Shown here one piece after another: positions 8,563 to 16,487 of a stretch of 24,000 nt of DNA (its first letter is position 1; the number at the start of each line of letters is the position of its first letter). The translations under genes were made by a program, and so were the position numbers. The notes under the pieces were generated by a model that saw only the letters and a program-made list of their open reading frames with translations, was not told the DNA's origin and searched no databases. This DNA is from Methylobacter sp. (lineage in GTDB: Bacteria > Pseudomonadota > Gammaproteobacteria > Methylococcales > Methylomonadaceae): contig JAQUOU010000013.1 of the NCBI GenBank assembly GCA_028716975.1, forward strand, positions 14,721 to 38,720, written 5' to 3'.

Positions 8563-8932
8563 CTCATTCTCCCGGAATAGTTCTCATGGCTAAAAAACAG
8601 GCGTCTCATTTATCTCCTTCTAACGCAGCGGAGACATAGGCTCTGTACATTGGCGCTATTCCTTATCAGTATCTGCAATCAAGTATGAAAATAAGGCATA
8701 ACTTCATGAATCGCTCCTGCTTTCATCTTCCGGTTTTACGCTTAGGCTAAGCCTGGCAATGGCGTATAAAAAATATTAATACCTGAAATCCCTTTAATGT
8801 TATGTACGCTAGGTAGCTTATAAAAATTTTTTCCGTATTTTGAATGCCATTGCCAATTAGCCTAAAAACCATAGTTATGCCTGCCGAAATCCCGCTCCTT
8901 TCACTATTGATCCGGCCCATTGATGTGTAAAA

Positions 8933-9043
8933 CCGTTCGAGCTGAGCCCTTCGGCGGTGCTCAGGAAAGCCTTGTCGAAGCCAGCTGGGGCCTTTCGATA
9001 GGGTTCTTCTGAGCATTGTCGAAGAGCTCAGGTTCTGCAAACG
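8933..9043. repeat. Family-A repeat cluster
   Basis: 8933-8982 (CCGTTCGAGCTGAGCCCTTCGGCGGTGCTCAGGAAAGCCTTGTCGAAGCC) matches 23522-23570 (CCGTTCGTGGTGAGCCCTTCGATAAACTCAGGAGAGCCTTGTCGAAGGA) at roughly 80% identity by eye. It is followed by the small hairpin CTGAGCattgtcgaagaGCTCAG. Confidence 0.55.
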
Positions 9044-9340
9044 GCGTCACCCCGGCATGGACTCACTCCGGGCTTTCCTGCCCGGAGCCCTTCGGGTAAA
9101 TGCAAATCTGTTCCAGACAGATTTGTGCCGGGGTCCAGGCTACAGGGAGGTAAACTTTGGTGGTTAATCACATCCTTGTGTTCTGGATTCATGCGGGGCT
9201 TTCCTGCCCCGCACCCCAATGGGGGTAAATGCCAATCCGCTCCTGGCGGATTGGTCCGGCACAAATTCGTCCGGAGCGAATTGGCATTTACCCGAAGGGC
9301 GTCAGGCAGGAGTGCCTGACGTGACTCCATGCCGGTATGA
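9044..9340. repeat. Family-B repeat, three copies of about 60-85 nt forming a MITE/BIME-like composite
   Basis: Copy B1 at 9052-9110 is CCGGCATGGACTCACTCCGGGCTTTCCTGCCCGGAGCCCTTCGGGTAAATGCAAATCTG. The reverse complement of 9277-9335 is CCGGCATGGAGTCACGTCAGGCACTCCTGCCTGACGCCCTTCGGGTAAATGCCAATTCG, so it is an inverted copy. Copy B2 at 9186-9262 is direct and carries GCGGGGCTTTCCTGCCCCGC...GGGGGTAAATGCCAATCCG. Each copy has internal hairpins. Confidence 0.6.
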
Positions 9341-9588
9341 CGGGCTTAAGAGTTTACTGCTTCCGCTGAAGCTTATACGTAATCAAGAAATTTTATAGAA
9401 TCGGATCAATAAGGGCTTCCTGGGGCAAAGCCAAGCTTAGTAAGAACAGCTTTCGCATCTGACGATTGCTGTTTTCAAGGAATTGCCATCACAGAGCAGG
9501 TCGTGAAGAAAGGTGAGTTTATGAAGTACTTGATTACGTCAGGCCTTTGTTAGTAGATAGGGCGATCAAGCTATAATGCGGAGTTGTT

Positions 9589-10545
9589 TTATTTTGCTAA
9601 TGCCCCGGAACAGCTGGAGCCTTGACCGGCAGTACAGCCGAAGCAATGATCGGCGACGGCTATGGTCATAGCTTCAGGCATTCCTTCCAGCAATTCACTC
9701 ATATGAGTAGCCCGGCCCGCAATCGGAATCCCCAGCATTTGATTGAAATCGCAATCATAGACGAAACCTTGCCAATCCACGCTCAACAGACTCAGGCACA
9801 TTACCCGCTCAATGTTGGCCGGCCGGTACGCCTGTTTCAGCAGATTCATATAGTCTTCGAGTTGGCCTTTCGCCAACAGCACGGCGCCGAAGCGTTGTAT
9901 CGGCATATTGGTAATGGTGAACAGATGATTAAACTGCACATTAAAATGTTCGCTTAAAAACTGCCGGTAGGCCGCTTCCAATGGCTCTTGCGGCGGCGGC
10001 AAAGCGAGTCCTTGCGGATTAAACACCAGATTAAGCGTTAAACTGCTATCAGGCCGGCCATAACCCAGGCTGTTAAGTTTTTGCAAAGCTTTAATGGAAG
10101 CGGTGAATACGCCTTTACCGCGTTGCGCATCGACGTTGTCTTCCAGATAACACGGCAGGGAAGCAATTACTTCTACTTGCTGTTCAGCCAAAAAACCGGC
10201 CGTGCTTTCAAAGCCCGGCTCAACTAAAATCGTGGGATTGCAACGATCCATGACATGCAGCCCTTGCGTTCTGGCCGTTTGCACCAGCCAGCGGAAACCC
10301 GGGTTCATTTCCGGCGAACCGCCGGTTAAATCCAATTGTTTCAGTTGATATTTACCGGCAAATTCCAGGGCGATTTCCATCGTTTCGCGTGTCATCAATT
10401 CAGTTCGCTTCGGGCCTGCATTGACATGGCAATGCAGGCAGCTCAAATTGCATAAGTAACCCAGGTTCATCTGCAATATCTTGAGTTGCCCGCGATGAAT
10501 TCCGGGAAAGCCGTGCTTAAACAGTAAAGGTTTGACGTCACGCAT
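9589..10545 (-). CDS. arsS: Radical SAM/Cys-rich-domain protein of the TIGR04167 type (arsenosugar biosynthesis ArsS-like)
   Basis: Has a CxxxCxxC radical-SAM motif in LGYLCNLSCLHCHVNAGP. The C-terminal Cys-rich tail is HCFGCTAGQGSSCSGALAK; this position is Sec in some family members and Cys here. It sits in the canonical context with TIGR04282-like and TIGR04283-like genes and arsM. Confidence 0.8.
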   Translation of the reverse strand: MRDVKPLLFKHGFPGIHRGQLKILQMNLGYLCNLSCLHCHVNAGPKRTELMTRETMEIALEFAGKYQLKQLDLTGGSPEMNPGFRWLVQTARTQGLHVMDRCNPTILVEPGFESTAGFLAEQQVEVIASLPCYLEDNVDAQRGKGVFTASIKALQKLNSLGYGRPDSSLTLNLVFNPQGLALPPPQEPLEAAYRQFLSEHFNVQFNHLFTITNMPIQRFGAVLLAKGQLEDYMNLLKQAYRPANIERVMCLSLLSVDWQGFVYDCDFNQMLGIPIAGRATHMSELLEGMPEAMTIAVADHCFGCTAGQGSSCSGALAK

Positions 10546-10614
10546 AATTAATATTTGTTAAGGTTCCCGCTAAACCCGGGATATATTGAATGAGAGACAC
10601 GATTTCTCTTTCCT

Positions 10615-11289
10615 TCATACAGGAACAGAATCCAGAAATCGGATCAATGCCTGTTGCTCCGGTAAAGGCTCTTTCAACTCCTGCAAGGTCTTACGCAATG
10701 CAATTAAATCGTCCGGCTCATCGACATCCCGTAATGTTAATAACAGGAGGACATTTCCCAATTGCTCGATTTTACTTAAGAATTGACTGCCGGTATCGGC
10801 GGTGCTGTAAGTCACCTGAGTCCAGAATTCGTCCGGCAAACTGCAATTGCCTCCGAACAGCCAAAAGCCGCCATCGAAACTGGGGCCGAACGCGAAACGC
10901 GCCGCTTCGTCATCAGCCAGCCAGTCGGAAGCGTTCAATAGTTGGGAGACCGTCATTTGCGGAATATCGGCGCCGGTTAAAAGGACAAAATCATGCCGCT
11001 CTAACAGCGTTCGATATACATGCGCCATACGCTCGCCCAAACCGCATTCACCTTGCCATAAACAGGGTAAATCCAGCCAAAAAGAGTGATTCAGTGCCTC
11101 CGTTTCAGCTACCGCATAGTAACCCTGAATATTACCGAGCTGTCCGGCGCAAGCTGCAACTGCGGCAACCGCTCGGGCAGATCTCAAATGAAAAGACTCG
11201 GCGAATTCGATGCCCAAATTAACGGCGAGACGTGTTTTCACCGGGGAGATTCCCGGCGTTTTAACAAATACTGCAATTGCTCCGCTCAT
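10615..11289 (-). CDS. DUF2064 / TIGR04282-like transferase (transferase 1, rSAM/selenodomain-associated; annotated in databases as an arsenosugar biosynthesis glycosyltransferase)
   Basis: The ORF-track start at 11343 would overlap the upstream gene by 58 nt. The internal ATG at 11289 forms an ATGA overlap with the upstream stop (11286-11289). It gives MSGAIAVFVKTPGISPVKTRLA, the typical DUF2064 N-terminus (FxKxPxxGxVKTRL). Confidence 0.7.
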   Translation of the reverse strand: MSGAIAVFVKTPGISPVKTRLAVNLGIEFAESFHLRSARAVAAVAACAGQLGNIQGYYAVAETEALNHSFWLDLPCLWQGECGLGERMAHVYRTLLERHDFVLLTGADIPQMTVSQLLNASDWLADDEAARFAFGPSFDGGFWLFGGNCSLPDEFWTQVTYSTADTGSQFLSKIEQLGNVLLLLTLRDVDEPDDLIALRKTLQELKEPLPEQQALIRFLDSVPV

Positions 11290-11972
11290 GAGCCTTGCGC
11301 TAAACGGCGTCTGGCTTGCCGGAATAAATACCAGGTCAGCCAAATATGCCGCAGCGTTGTGGCTAGCCAGCCTTGTTGCCGATAACGGCGGGCGCTGGTT
11401 ATCAAGTCCGCTTGCATTTCCTGTAAAGAGACGCCTGCGGCTTTCAGGCGCACTACAAAATCCAGGTCTTCGCCTAACAATAGGTTTTCATCGAAACCGT
11501 TCAATTGCTCGAATACGGTGTTATTGACGATAAAACCCTGATCTCCGAAAGGCAAACCAAAAAACCGGGAGCGTAAATTGGCCGCCCAGGCATTTAGACA
11601 GGTTTTTTTGGGGCCATCGGCGTCAAATCTTAAGCGAAAATAGCCCAGACACGTATTTCCTGCCTCGATATAGTTTTGCATTGCGGTCATGACCCCAGAC
11701 GTCAACCGGCTATCGGCATGCAGAAGCCAGATCATGCGATGCCTGGCATGCCGGACTCCGGCATTGAGCTGGCGCGCGCGTCCTTGCTTGAGATGCAGCC
11801 ACTCTGCATTCGCCGGCAATTCAATATCGGCTGGCGGCTGCTGCGAGGCAGCCAGGATGATTTCTATTTCCTGGCCGAATATCACTAATTGATTCAGTAA
11901 AAGACGCCAGCTCTGATCGTCCGGACCGATTGGAATAACGACGCTCAGATTGCTGAAAATCGTCTTAGTCAT
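11286..11972 (-). CDS. GT2-like TIGR04283-type transferase (transferase 2, rSAM/selenodomain-associated)
   Basis: Motifs recalled for this family are present: LSVVIPIG, GRARQLNAG, WLLHADS, FGDQGFIV, GEDLDFVVRL and TSARRYRQQGW. The start ATG overlaps the arsM stop by 1 nt (TAATG at 11970-11974). Confidence 0.7.
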   Translation of the reverse strand: MTKTIFSNLSVVIPIGPDDQSWRLLLNQLVIFGQEIEIILAASQQPPADIELPANAEWLHLKQGRARQLNAGVRHARHRMIWLLHADSRLTSGVMTAMQNYIEAGNTCLGYFRLRFDADGPKKTCLNAWAANLRSRFFGLPFGDQGFIVNNTVFEQLNGFDENLLLGEDLDFVVRLKAAGVSLQEMQADLITSARRYRQQGWLATTLRHIWLTWYLFRQARRRLAQGS

Positions 11973-13018
11973 TAACAGCAGGCCGCGCCTGAGTCAAGGG
12001 ACAAGCTTTTGTTGGGCGGGGCGCACTCAAATAAGCCAAAATGCGTGGATTTATTGCCCCATATTTCAAAATGTCCTGAATAGCGGCTGATACCGAGCAT
12101 GTCAGCGGTATTGCCGCAAACGCGCAAAGGCCGGCCGGTTTCAAAATGATGATGATCGTCCAGGTCGAAAAAGTGCGGGTGCTCAGGTAAAGTGCCTTTA
12201 TAGACAGCGACTTGCCCGAAATCCTCGCAACGGTCTTCCAGCGCTGCCTTGAAAGCTCTCACTGTTATTGAACGAAAATTTACCATGCCGATTTTCGCAG
12301 AGATTTCAAGATCATCGAGGGTGACCGGGTTATCATTGACGATACGAATATCGGGACAGCTCAAATCTTGCATAATCCGGCGAAAATCCTCCCAATATAA
12401 AGCGCCGCCCAGGCATTCGCCTAGTAAAACCGGATCCAGTTTAAGCGTCTGCGGTATGCGCCGGTCGGAATAGACATCGGAAAAATAAAGTTCGCCGCCG
12501 GGTTTGAGCACGCGAAAAATTTCCGCCAACACCTGCTTTTTATCGGGCGATAAATTGATAACGCAGTTCGATACCACAACGTCGATAGAATTGCCGGCAA
12601 TGCCGATCGAGGCGAGATCTTCAATTTGCCCCTGAAGGAATTCAACATTGGAGCGAGCGTAACCATAACGTTCCGCATGCCAATCGCAGTGACGTCTGGC
12701 GACAGCGAGCTGCTCTTCCGTCATATCGACGCCGATGACACGCCCCGCCTCACCGACTAAACGGGACAGCAGGTAGCAATCGCGTCCTGAACCGCACCCC
12801 AAGTCCAATACGGTACAATCTTCAAGCGCCGGCGGCAGCGGCGAACCGCATCCGTAAAAACGCGAGATAACTTCCGGGTGCAAATCGGCGAGAAACGGAC
12901 GCAAATGCTTAGGTATGGCGTCAAGCGTGCAGCAGGCGCCAGTTTTTAAATCCAGGCTGGATTTAAGCACTTGCCCGTAATAGTTCTGTACAGATTCACT
13001 GATGGCGGCGTCGATCAT
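11972..13018 (-). CDS. arsM: Arsenite S-adenosylmethionine methyltransferase, AS3MT/ArsM type
   Basis: Long colinear similarity to human AS3MT from memory: VQNYYGQVLK, RFYGCGSP, VLDLGCGSGRDCYLLSRLVGE.G.V.GVDMT, VVSNCVINLSPDKKQVL, LKPGGELYFSDVY, GECLGGALYWEDF. Cys pairs occur near both termini (GACC, GAACC). GGAG lies 5 nt upstream of the ATG at 13018. Confidence 0.85.
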   Translation of the reverse strand: MIDAAISESVQNYYGQVLKSSLDLKTGACCTLDAIPKHLRPFLADLHPEVISRFYGCGSPLPPALEDCTVLDLGCGSGRDCYLLSRLVGEAGRVIGVDMTEEQLAVARRHCDWHAERYGYARSNVEFLQGQIEDLASIGIAGNSIDVVVSNCVINLSPDKKQVLAEIFRVLKPGGELYFSDVYSDRRIPQTLKLDPVLLGECLGGALYWEDFRRIMQDLSCPDIRIVNDNPVTLDDLEISAKIGMVNFRSITVRAFKAALEDRCEDFGQVAVYKGTLPEHPHFFDLDDHHHFETGRPLRVCGNTADMLGISRYSGHFEIWGNKSTHFGLFECAPPNKSLSLDSGAACC

Positions 13019-13211
13019 GTAGGCTCCGGATATAAGCTAAGTTGTTTCTGCAAACGCGTAAGTAAATGGCGAATACTCTTACGTATTTTATTTTCTAAGT
13101 TGTTAAATCGTAAGGTTTCTTACAAGCAAGTGCAAAATATTTTTTTATATGCAGGGGTCATGACGAAAGGGAGGGATAAAACAGGCGCTATCCATATAAG
13201 GGAAACTCTAA

Positions 13212-13260
13212 AAATAAATACGTTCATGGTTCGACAGGCTCACCATGAACGTATTTATTT
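13212..13260 (-). terminator. Perfect 19-bp stem / 11-nt loop hairpin derived from the family-A repeat; putative intrinsic terminator between the polysaccharide locus and the arsM cassette
   Basis: The left arm AAATAAATACGTTCATGGT (13212-13230) pairs with ACCATGAACGTATTTATTT (13242-13260). The loop is TCGACAGGCTC. On the transcribed minus strand the 3' arm runs into TATTTATTTTTAG. It lies 182 nt downstream of the GT2 stop at 13442. Confidence 0.45.
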
Positions 13261-13441
13261 GATAAGAGTAGAACTGTTCGTGCTGAGCTCTTAGTCTGTG
13301 CCCACGAGAACCCTGTCGATACACGGTATTTTTAGAGGCAACCCTATATGCCAGGATTGATATTTGATGCACTGCCTCCAGCCGCCAAGGATAGTATCCA
13401 GGCAAAAACCAGACAGCCGCGCCTTTCTTTGCCGTAAAGTT

Positions 13442-14365
13442 TTACGGCAAAATGCGAAGCCAGTAAGTTTTATGCAGGCTAAAGCCTTTACGAATACCTT
13501 GCGGCAATTCCATATGCAGGGCGCCCAGCTTGAATCCCAGCCATTTCAGTCCTGTTCGCAGCACGGCGGAGGGAAGCAGCCAGGGCGCGCGTTTCATCAG
13601 ATAGCGCATTTCCGAGATCACGAAGCGCAAGCCTTCGCCGGACGCACCGCCAAATGTCTGTTGCAGCCAGGCGGTTTGGGTGTGGAACACGCCGATATCG
13701 AAATAACGCTTAAATTCGTCCAGGAAACTGTAGTCATGAGAGTGAAACACTTGGGCATCGGCGCAGTAAGCAATTTTCCAGCCGGATACCAGCATTTTTC
13801 CGGCCACATAAGTATCTTCATTCATAATGGTATCGGCGGGGAAGCCGCCTGCCTGCATCAGTATGTTTCGCCGGTAAGCGGCAAAAGAATTGGATATAAA
13901 TACCGACTTGATGCCAAACCTTGTTCGATCTTTCATGCAACGCAACTGACTTTCGGCCGGATAATTAAAAAGGCGGGCATGGGCGGCAATCGGTCCGGCA
14001 TTCGTATGCGGAAGCTGGCGTCCATAGGCTGCACCGACTCGTTCATCGTCGAACGCAATTAACAGCCGTTCGATGGCATCGGGACTGGCCAATAAAGCGT
14101 CCTGCGTCATGAATACGATAATATCCACCTCCGGCAGTCCATTCACGCCGGACTGACGCGTGCCGCCGTGATTAAACTCCGGCTTAGGAATTACTTGCAC
14201 CTCAAAGCCTTGAGCGCACGCCAAGGCGACGGTGTTATCGCTGGACGAAGAATCGATCACCAAAAGGCAATCCGGTTTCCGGGTTTGTTGTTCGAAGGCT
14301 TTGAGCCAGGATTCCCAGAGCCTGCCTGCGTTCAGCGTGGGTACGATAAGGCCGACCTTACTCAT
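13442..14365 (-). CDS. Glycosyltransferase family 2 (rhamnosyltransferase-like)
   Basis: Contains VGLIVPTLNAG, LLVIDSSSSDNT, FNHGGTRQ, MTQDA, GRQLP, NSFAAYRR...GGFP, NEDTYVAGKML and VFHSHDY. The start overlaps the upstream stop by 8 nt (ATGAGTAA). Confidence 0.8.
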   Translation of the reverse strand: MSKVGLIVPTLNAGRLWESWLKAFEQQTRKPDCLLVIDSSSSDNTVALACAQGFEVQVIPKPEFNHGGTRQSGVNGLPEVDIIVFMTQDALLASPDAIERLLIAFDDERVGAAYGRQLPHTNAGPIAAHARLFNYPAESQLRCMKDRTRFGIKSVFISNSFAAYRRNILMQAGGFPADTIMNEDTYVAGKMLVSGWKIAYCADAQVFHSHDYSFLDEFKRYFDIGVFHTQTAWLQQTFGGASGEGLRFVISEMRYLMKRAPWLLPSAVLRTGLKWLGFKLGALHMELPQGIRKGFSLHKTYWLRILP

Positions 14366-15560
14366 ATGAGGAACCCTCAGTTAATTGTTGAGGTACATTG
14401 CCTTGGTTCGATCGAGTCAATACCTGCCAGACCCGCTCCCCAAGTTTGATGGGATCGAGCTGTTGTTCAACATAGTGCCGGCCATTCCGCGACATCCGTT
14501 CCCACGCCAAGCCGTCAAGCGATTGTGCTTTGCGCAGCACGTCACAGACAGAAACCTCGTTTCTATCGAAAACGAAACCGGCCTCAAATGCTTCCAGGTG
14601 ATCCCATGCCAAGCCTCTGGCTACCAATACCGGACGTCCCGCGGCCATGGCCTCGGCCACCACATTGCCGAAGTTCTCGCGCATGCCGCCTGCCGCCTCC
14701 AACCCCGAAGGCAGCACCAGGAAATGGCTGGACGCCAACAAGCCCAAGACTTCCCCGTGCTCCATATAACCGCGATAACTGATGGCGCCCTGGGCGCGTT
14801 CGACCAGCGCCTGAAACTCTTCGAAATAGGCGCCATCCACGCTTCTACCGGCAATCACCAGACTATCTTCAGGGTTCCTGACTTTCAACCAGGCCCGGAT
14901 AAAAGCATTGATGCCTTTTTCCTGCTGAATATGCCCCAGAAAGCAGAGCTTCATGCCTGCTCCGGCAGGATATTCGGCTACTTTAATATCGCGGCTGTCG
15001 ATGCCATTGGGGACCAGAAGAATACGGGCGTCTTCGCCGAGCATGTTGCGTACGCCTTCGGCCTCGGTTTCGCTTGTGCAATGCACGGCGATAGCGCGGC
15101 GCAGGGTTGGCAAGGTCAGCCATTTATAGAACAGCCATTTATGAAGTTTCTGCCGCCGAATGAGATCAATATGCTCAGGCATCAATCCGCCATGCGCGGC
15201 CACCATAAACGGGCGGCGCAACAGGGAGCAAAAAACCGCCGCCAGCGTGGAAGGCCAGGTGGCTATGCCGTGGATATAAATTACCGGCGCCCGCAAGCAC
15301 AACTTAAACAGCTCAGGAATAGCATCCAGTCCAAAACCCCAGCGCCTGAATCCATAGCAATGATAGAGCCTGATATCCACCTGTTCGCCAAGCTGCACAT
15401 CCTCAGCGCGCAGTCTTCCGGCAGTAGACTCGTCGGAGGCGACCAGCGTCATCTTATGTCCACGCTCCGCCCATGCCTGGGTTAATACACCGGCTGTGAC
15501 GGATACCCCGCCGTAACCTTTGGCCGGCGGTATATGCGTGGTAACGATACCTGCATCCAT
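14358..15560 (-). CDS. Glycosyltransferase, GT-B fold (GT4-like)
   Basis: Has the EX7E-type C-terminal motif (SGLEAAGGMRENFGNVVAEAMAAGRPVLV). The ORF-track start at 15638 overlaps the upstream gene. The ATG at 15560 is preceded by AGGAGA 6 nt upstream and gives MDAGIVTTHIPPAKGYGGVS, a typical GT4 N-terminus. Confidence 0.8.
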   Translation of the reverse strand: MDAGIVTTHIPPAKGYGGVSVTAGVLTQAWAERGHKMTLVASDESTAGRLRAEDVQLGEQVDIRLYHCYGFRRWGFGLDAIPELFKLCLRAPVIYIHGIATWPSTLAAVFCSLLRRPFMVAAHGGLMPEHIDLIRRQKLHKWLFYKWLTLPTLRRAIAVHCTSETEAEGVRNMLGEDARILLVPNGIDSRDIKVAEYPAGAGMKLCFLGHIQQEKGINAFIRAWLKVRNPEDSLVIAGRSVDGAYFEEFQALVERAQGAISYRGYMEHGEVLGLLASSHFLVLPSGLEAAGGMRENFGNVVAEAMAAGRPVLVARGLAWDHLEAFEAGFVFDRNEVSVCDVLRKAQSLDGLAWERMSRNGRHYVEQQLDPIKLGERVWQVLTRSNQGNVPQQLTEGSSYE

Positions 15561-15627
15561 AACGTTTCTCCTGAAACTGTTTGCGAATAAATAAACCCAT
15601 TGCCAACTCGATTTTCGTACATCAAAC

Positions 15628-16482
15628 TCACCTTCCATAGGCCAGGAACCCGCGCCAAATGCCGACGAGATTATAAAAAGAATAAGTCAGCTTTTTCGGG
15701 TTTAATAAAATCACGGCAAGCATCATTTTAAGGATGGGCACCACAAACATCTTGCGAACGATGTAGTACAGAATGAATACATCCTGCTCATTGGTAAATT
15801 TCCTGATGTAAGCCCCGATTCCGGTGGAATACATCAGCATTCTTCCGGTTCCCAACTTGTAGTGATCTTTATCCGGGTGATAAATCTTTATTTCCGGAGT
15901 ATAGAATGCGGTACCTCCGGCGCGAAGCAAGCGATATAAAAGTTCAAATCCCTCTGCCCCTGAATATTTGGAGCCAATCCCGAAGTCGTGATCCAGGTGA
16001 AACTGCTCGCCGTCAATCCGGTTCCGATTAAAAAACTGCGTAAACTCTACGCCCATCATATTGAAACGTGAAAAATATTGCGCTCTGTGACTGTTAATGC
16101 CAATACTGAATCGATTCGATGAAAAATCGTACGAACCCGCTACCAGAATGGAAAGTTCTTTACGCTTTTCAAACTCAGCGATCACTTTTTCGAGGACTTC
16201 CTTTTCATAGACACAATCGTCATCAGGAAATGCAATGATTCTGCCTTGCGCAAAGCTTATGCCGTAATCTCTGGCCCGGGCGTTACCGGTAAAATTCACT
16301 TTTACATGCAGCACTTCAAAGCAGCTCATGAATGGCTTGACCATAGTGTCGATTTTACCGTCCTTGTTCTGGTCGATGATGACCAACTCAAAGTTTTTAT
16401 GGGTCTGGTTCAGTAGCGAATGCAAAAACTCCGCCACCTCAAGGTCTCTTCCCAGCGTTGCCAGAATCAGCGAAACTTTCAT
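15628..16482 (-). CDS. Glycosyltransferase family 2
   Basis: Contains KVSLILATLGR, ELVIIDQN and AFPDDDC (DxD). The track start at 16491 is a GTG overlapping the upstream stop (GTGA). The ATG at 16482 has AAGGTGA 5 nt upstream, and either start is possible. GC is markedly low, about 37-40% in the sampled lines. Confidence 0.8.
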   Translation of the reverse strand: MKVSLILATLGRDLEVAEFLHSLLNQTHKNFELVIIDQNKDGKIDTMVKPFMSCFEVLHVKVNFTGNARARDYGISFAQGRIIAFPDDDCVYEKEVLEKVIAEFEKRKELSILVAGSYDFSSNRFSIGINSHRAQYFSRFNMMGVEFTQFFNRNRIDGEQFHLDHDFGIGSKYSGAEGFELLYRLLRAGGTAFYTPEIKIYHPDKDHYKLGTGRMLMYSTGIGAYIRKFTNEQDVFILYYIVRKMFVVPILKMMLAVILLNPKKLTYSFYNLVGIWRGFLAYGR

Positions 16483-16487
16483 ATTAA

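Noticed and set aside
8841-8856. Sigma-54-like sequence TTGGCAATGGCATTCA (minus strand) upstream of the miniprotein/TPP operon
   Set aside because: The -24 GG element is acceptable, but the -12 position reads TTCA instead of TTGC(A/T). It also lies about 280 nt from the first ATG. This is not good enough to call.
8747-9330. Minus-strand ORFs 8747..9040 (97 aa) and 9028..9330 (100 aa) in the gene desert
   Set aside because: Both are read through repeat families A and B. Their peptides are simply translations of the hairpin repeats, and they have no ribosome-binding site. They are best explained as repeat-derived spurious ORFs. The same applies to 13208..13405, 23365..23580 and 23425..23637.
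9377-9539. Perfect 11-bp inverted repeat ACGTAATCAAG / CTTGATTACGT, 141 nt apart, downstream of arsS
   Set aside because: My rough expectation for an 11-bp perfect inverted repeat within about 150 nt somewhere in 24 kb is close to 1. The arms do not extend and there is no repeat-family similarity, so it is consistent with chance.
9521-9553. A 10-codon plus-strand ORF (MKYLITSGLC) with an AAAGGTGAG Shine-Dalgarno-like sequence
   Set aside because: It is too short to evaluate, has no supporting context, and overlaps one arm of the chance-level inverted repeat. I do not report it as a gene.
9589-9660. Possible selenocysteine recoding in the ArsS C-terminal Cys-rich tail (this family includes selenoproteins)
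   Set aside because: The tail reads CFGCTAGQGSSCSGALAK with Cys codons throughout and a normal TAA stop. There is no in-frame TGA, so this is a Cys-type member.
10590-14062. Plus-strand ORFs 10590..11222 (210 aa) and 13364..14062 (232 aa)
   Set aside because: Both are antisense to well-supported genes (the DUF2064-type transferase and the GT2). Their translations are low-complexity and Arg/Pro/Ser-rich with no motifs or ribosome-binding sites, so they are shadow ORFs.
14385-15485. A 366-aa ORF on the plus strand, the longest plus-strand ORF in the window
   Set aside because: It lies entirely antisense to the GT4 gene in its GC-richest stretch. It has no Shine-Dalgarno sequence. Its product is rich in R, Q, H, G and A with no recognisable motif, and the opposite frame carries clear GT4 motifs. 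This is a typical shadow ORF.
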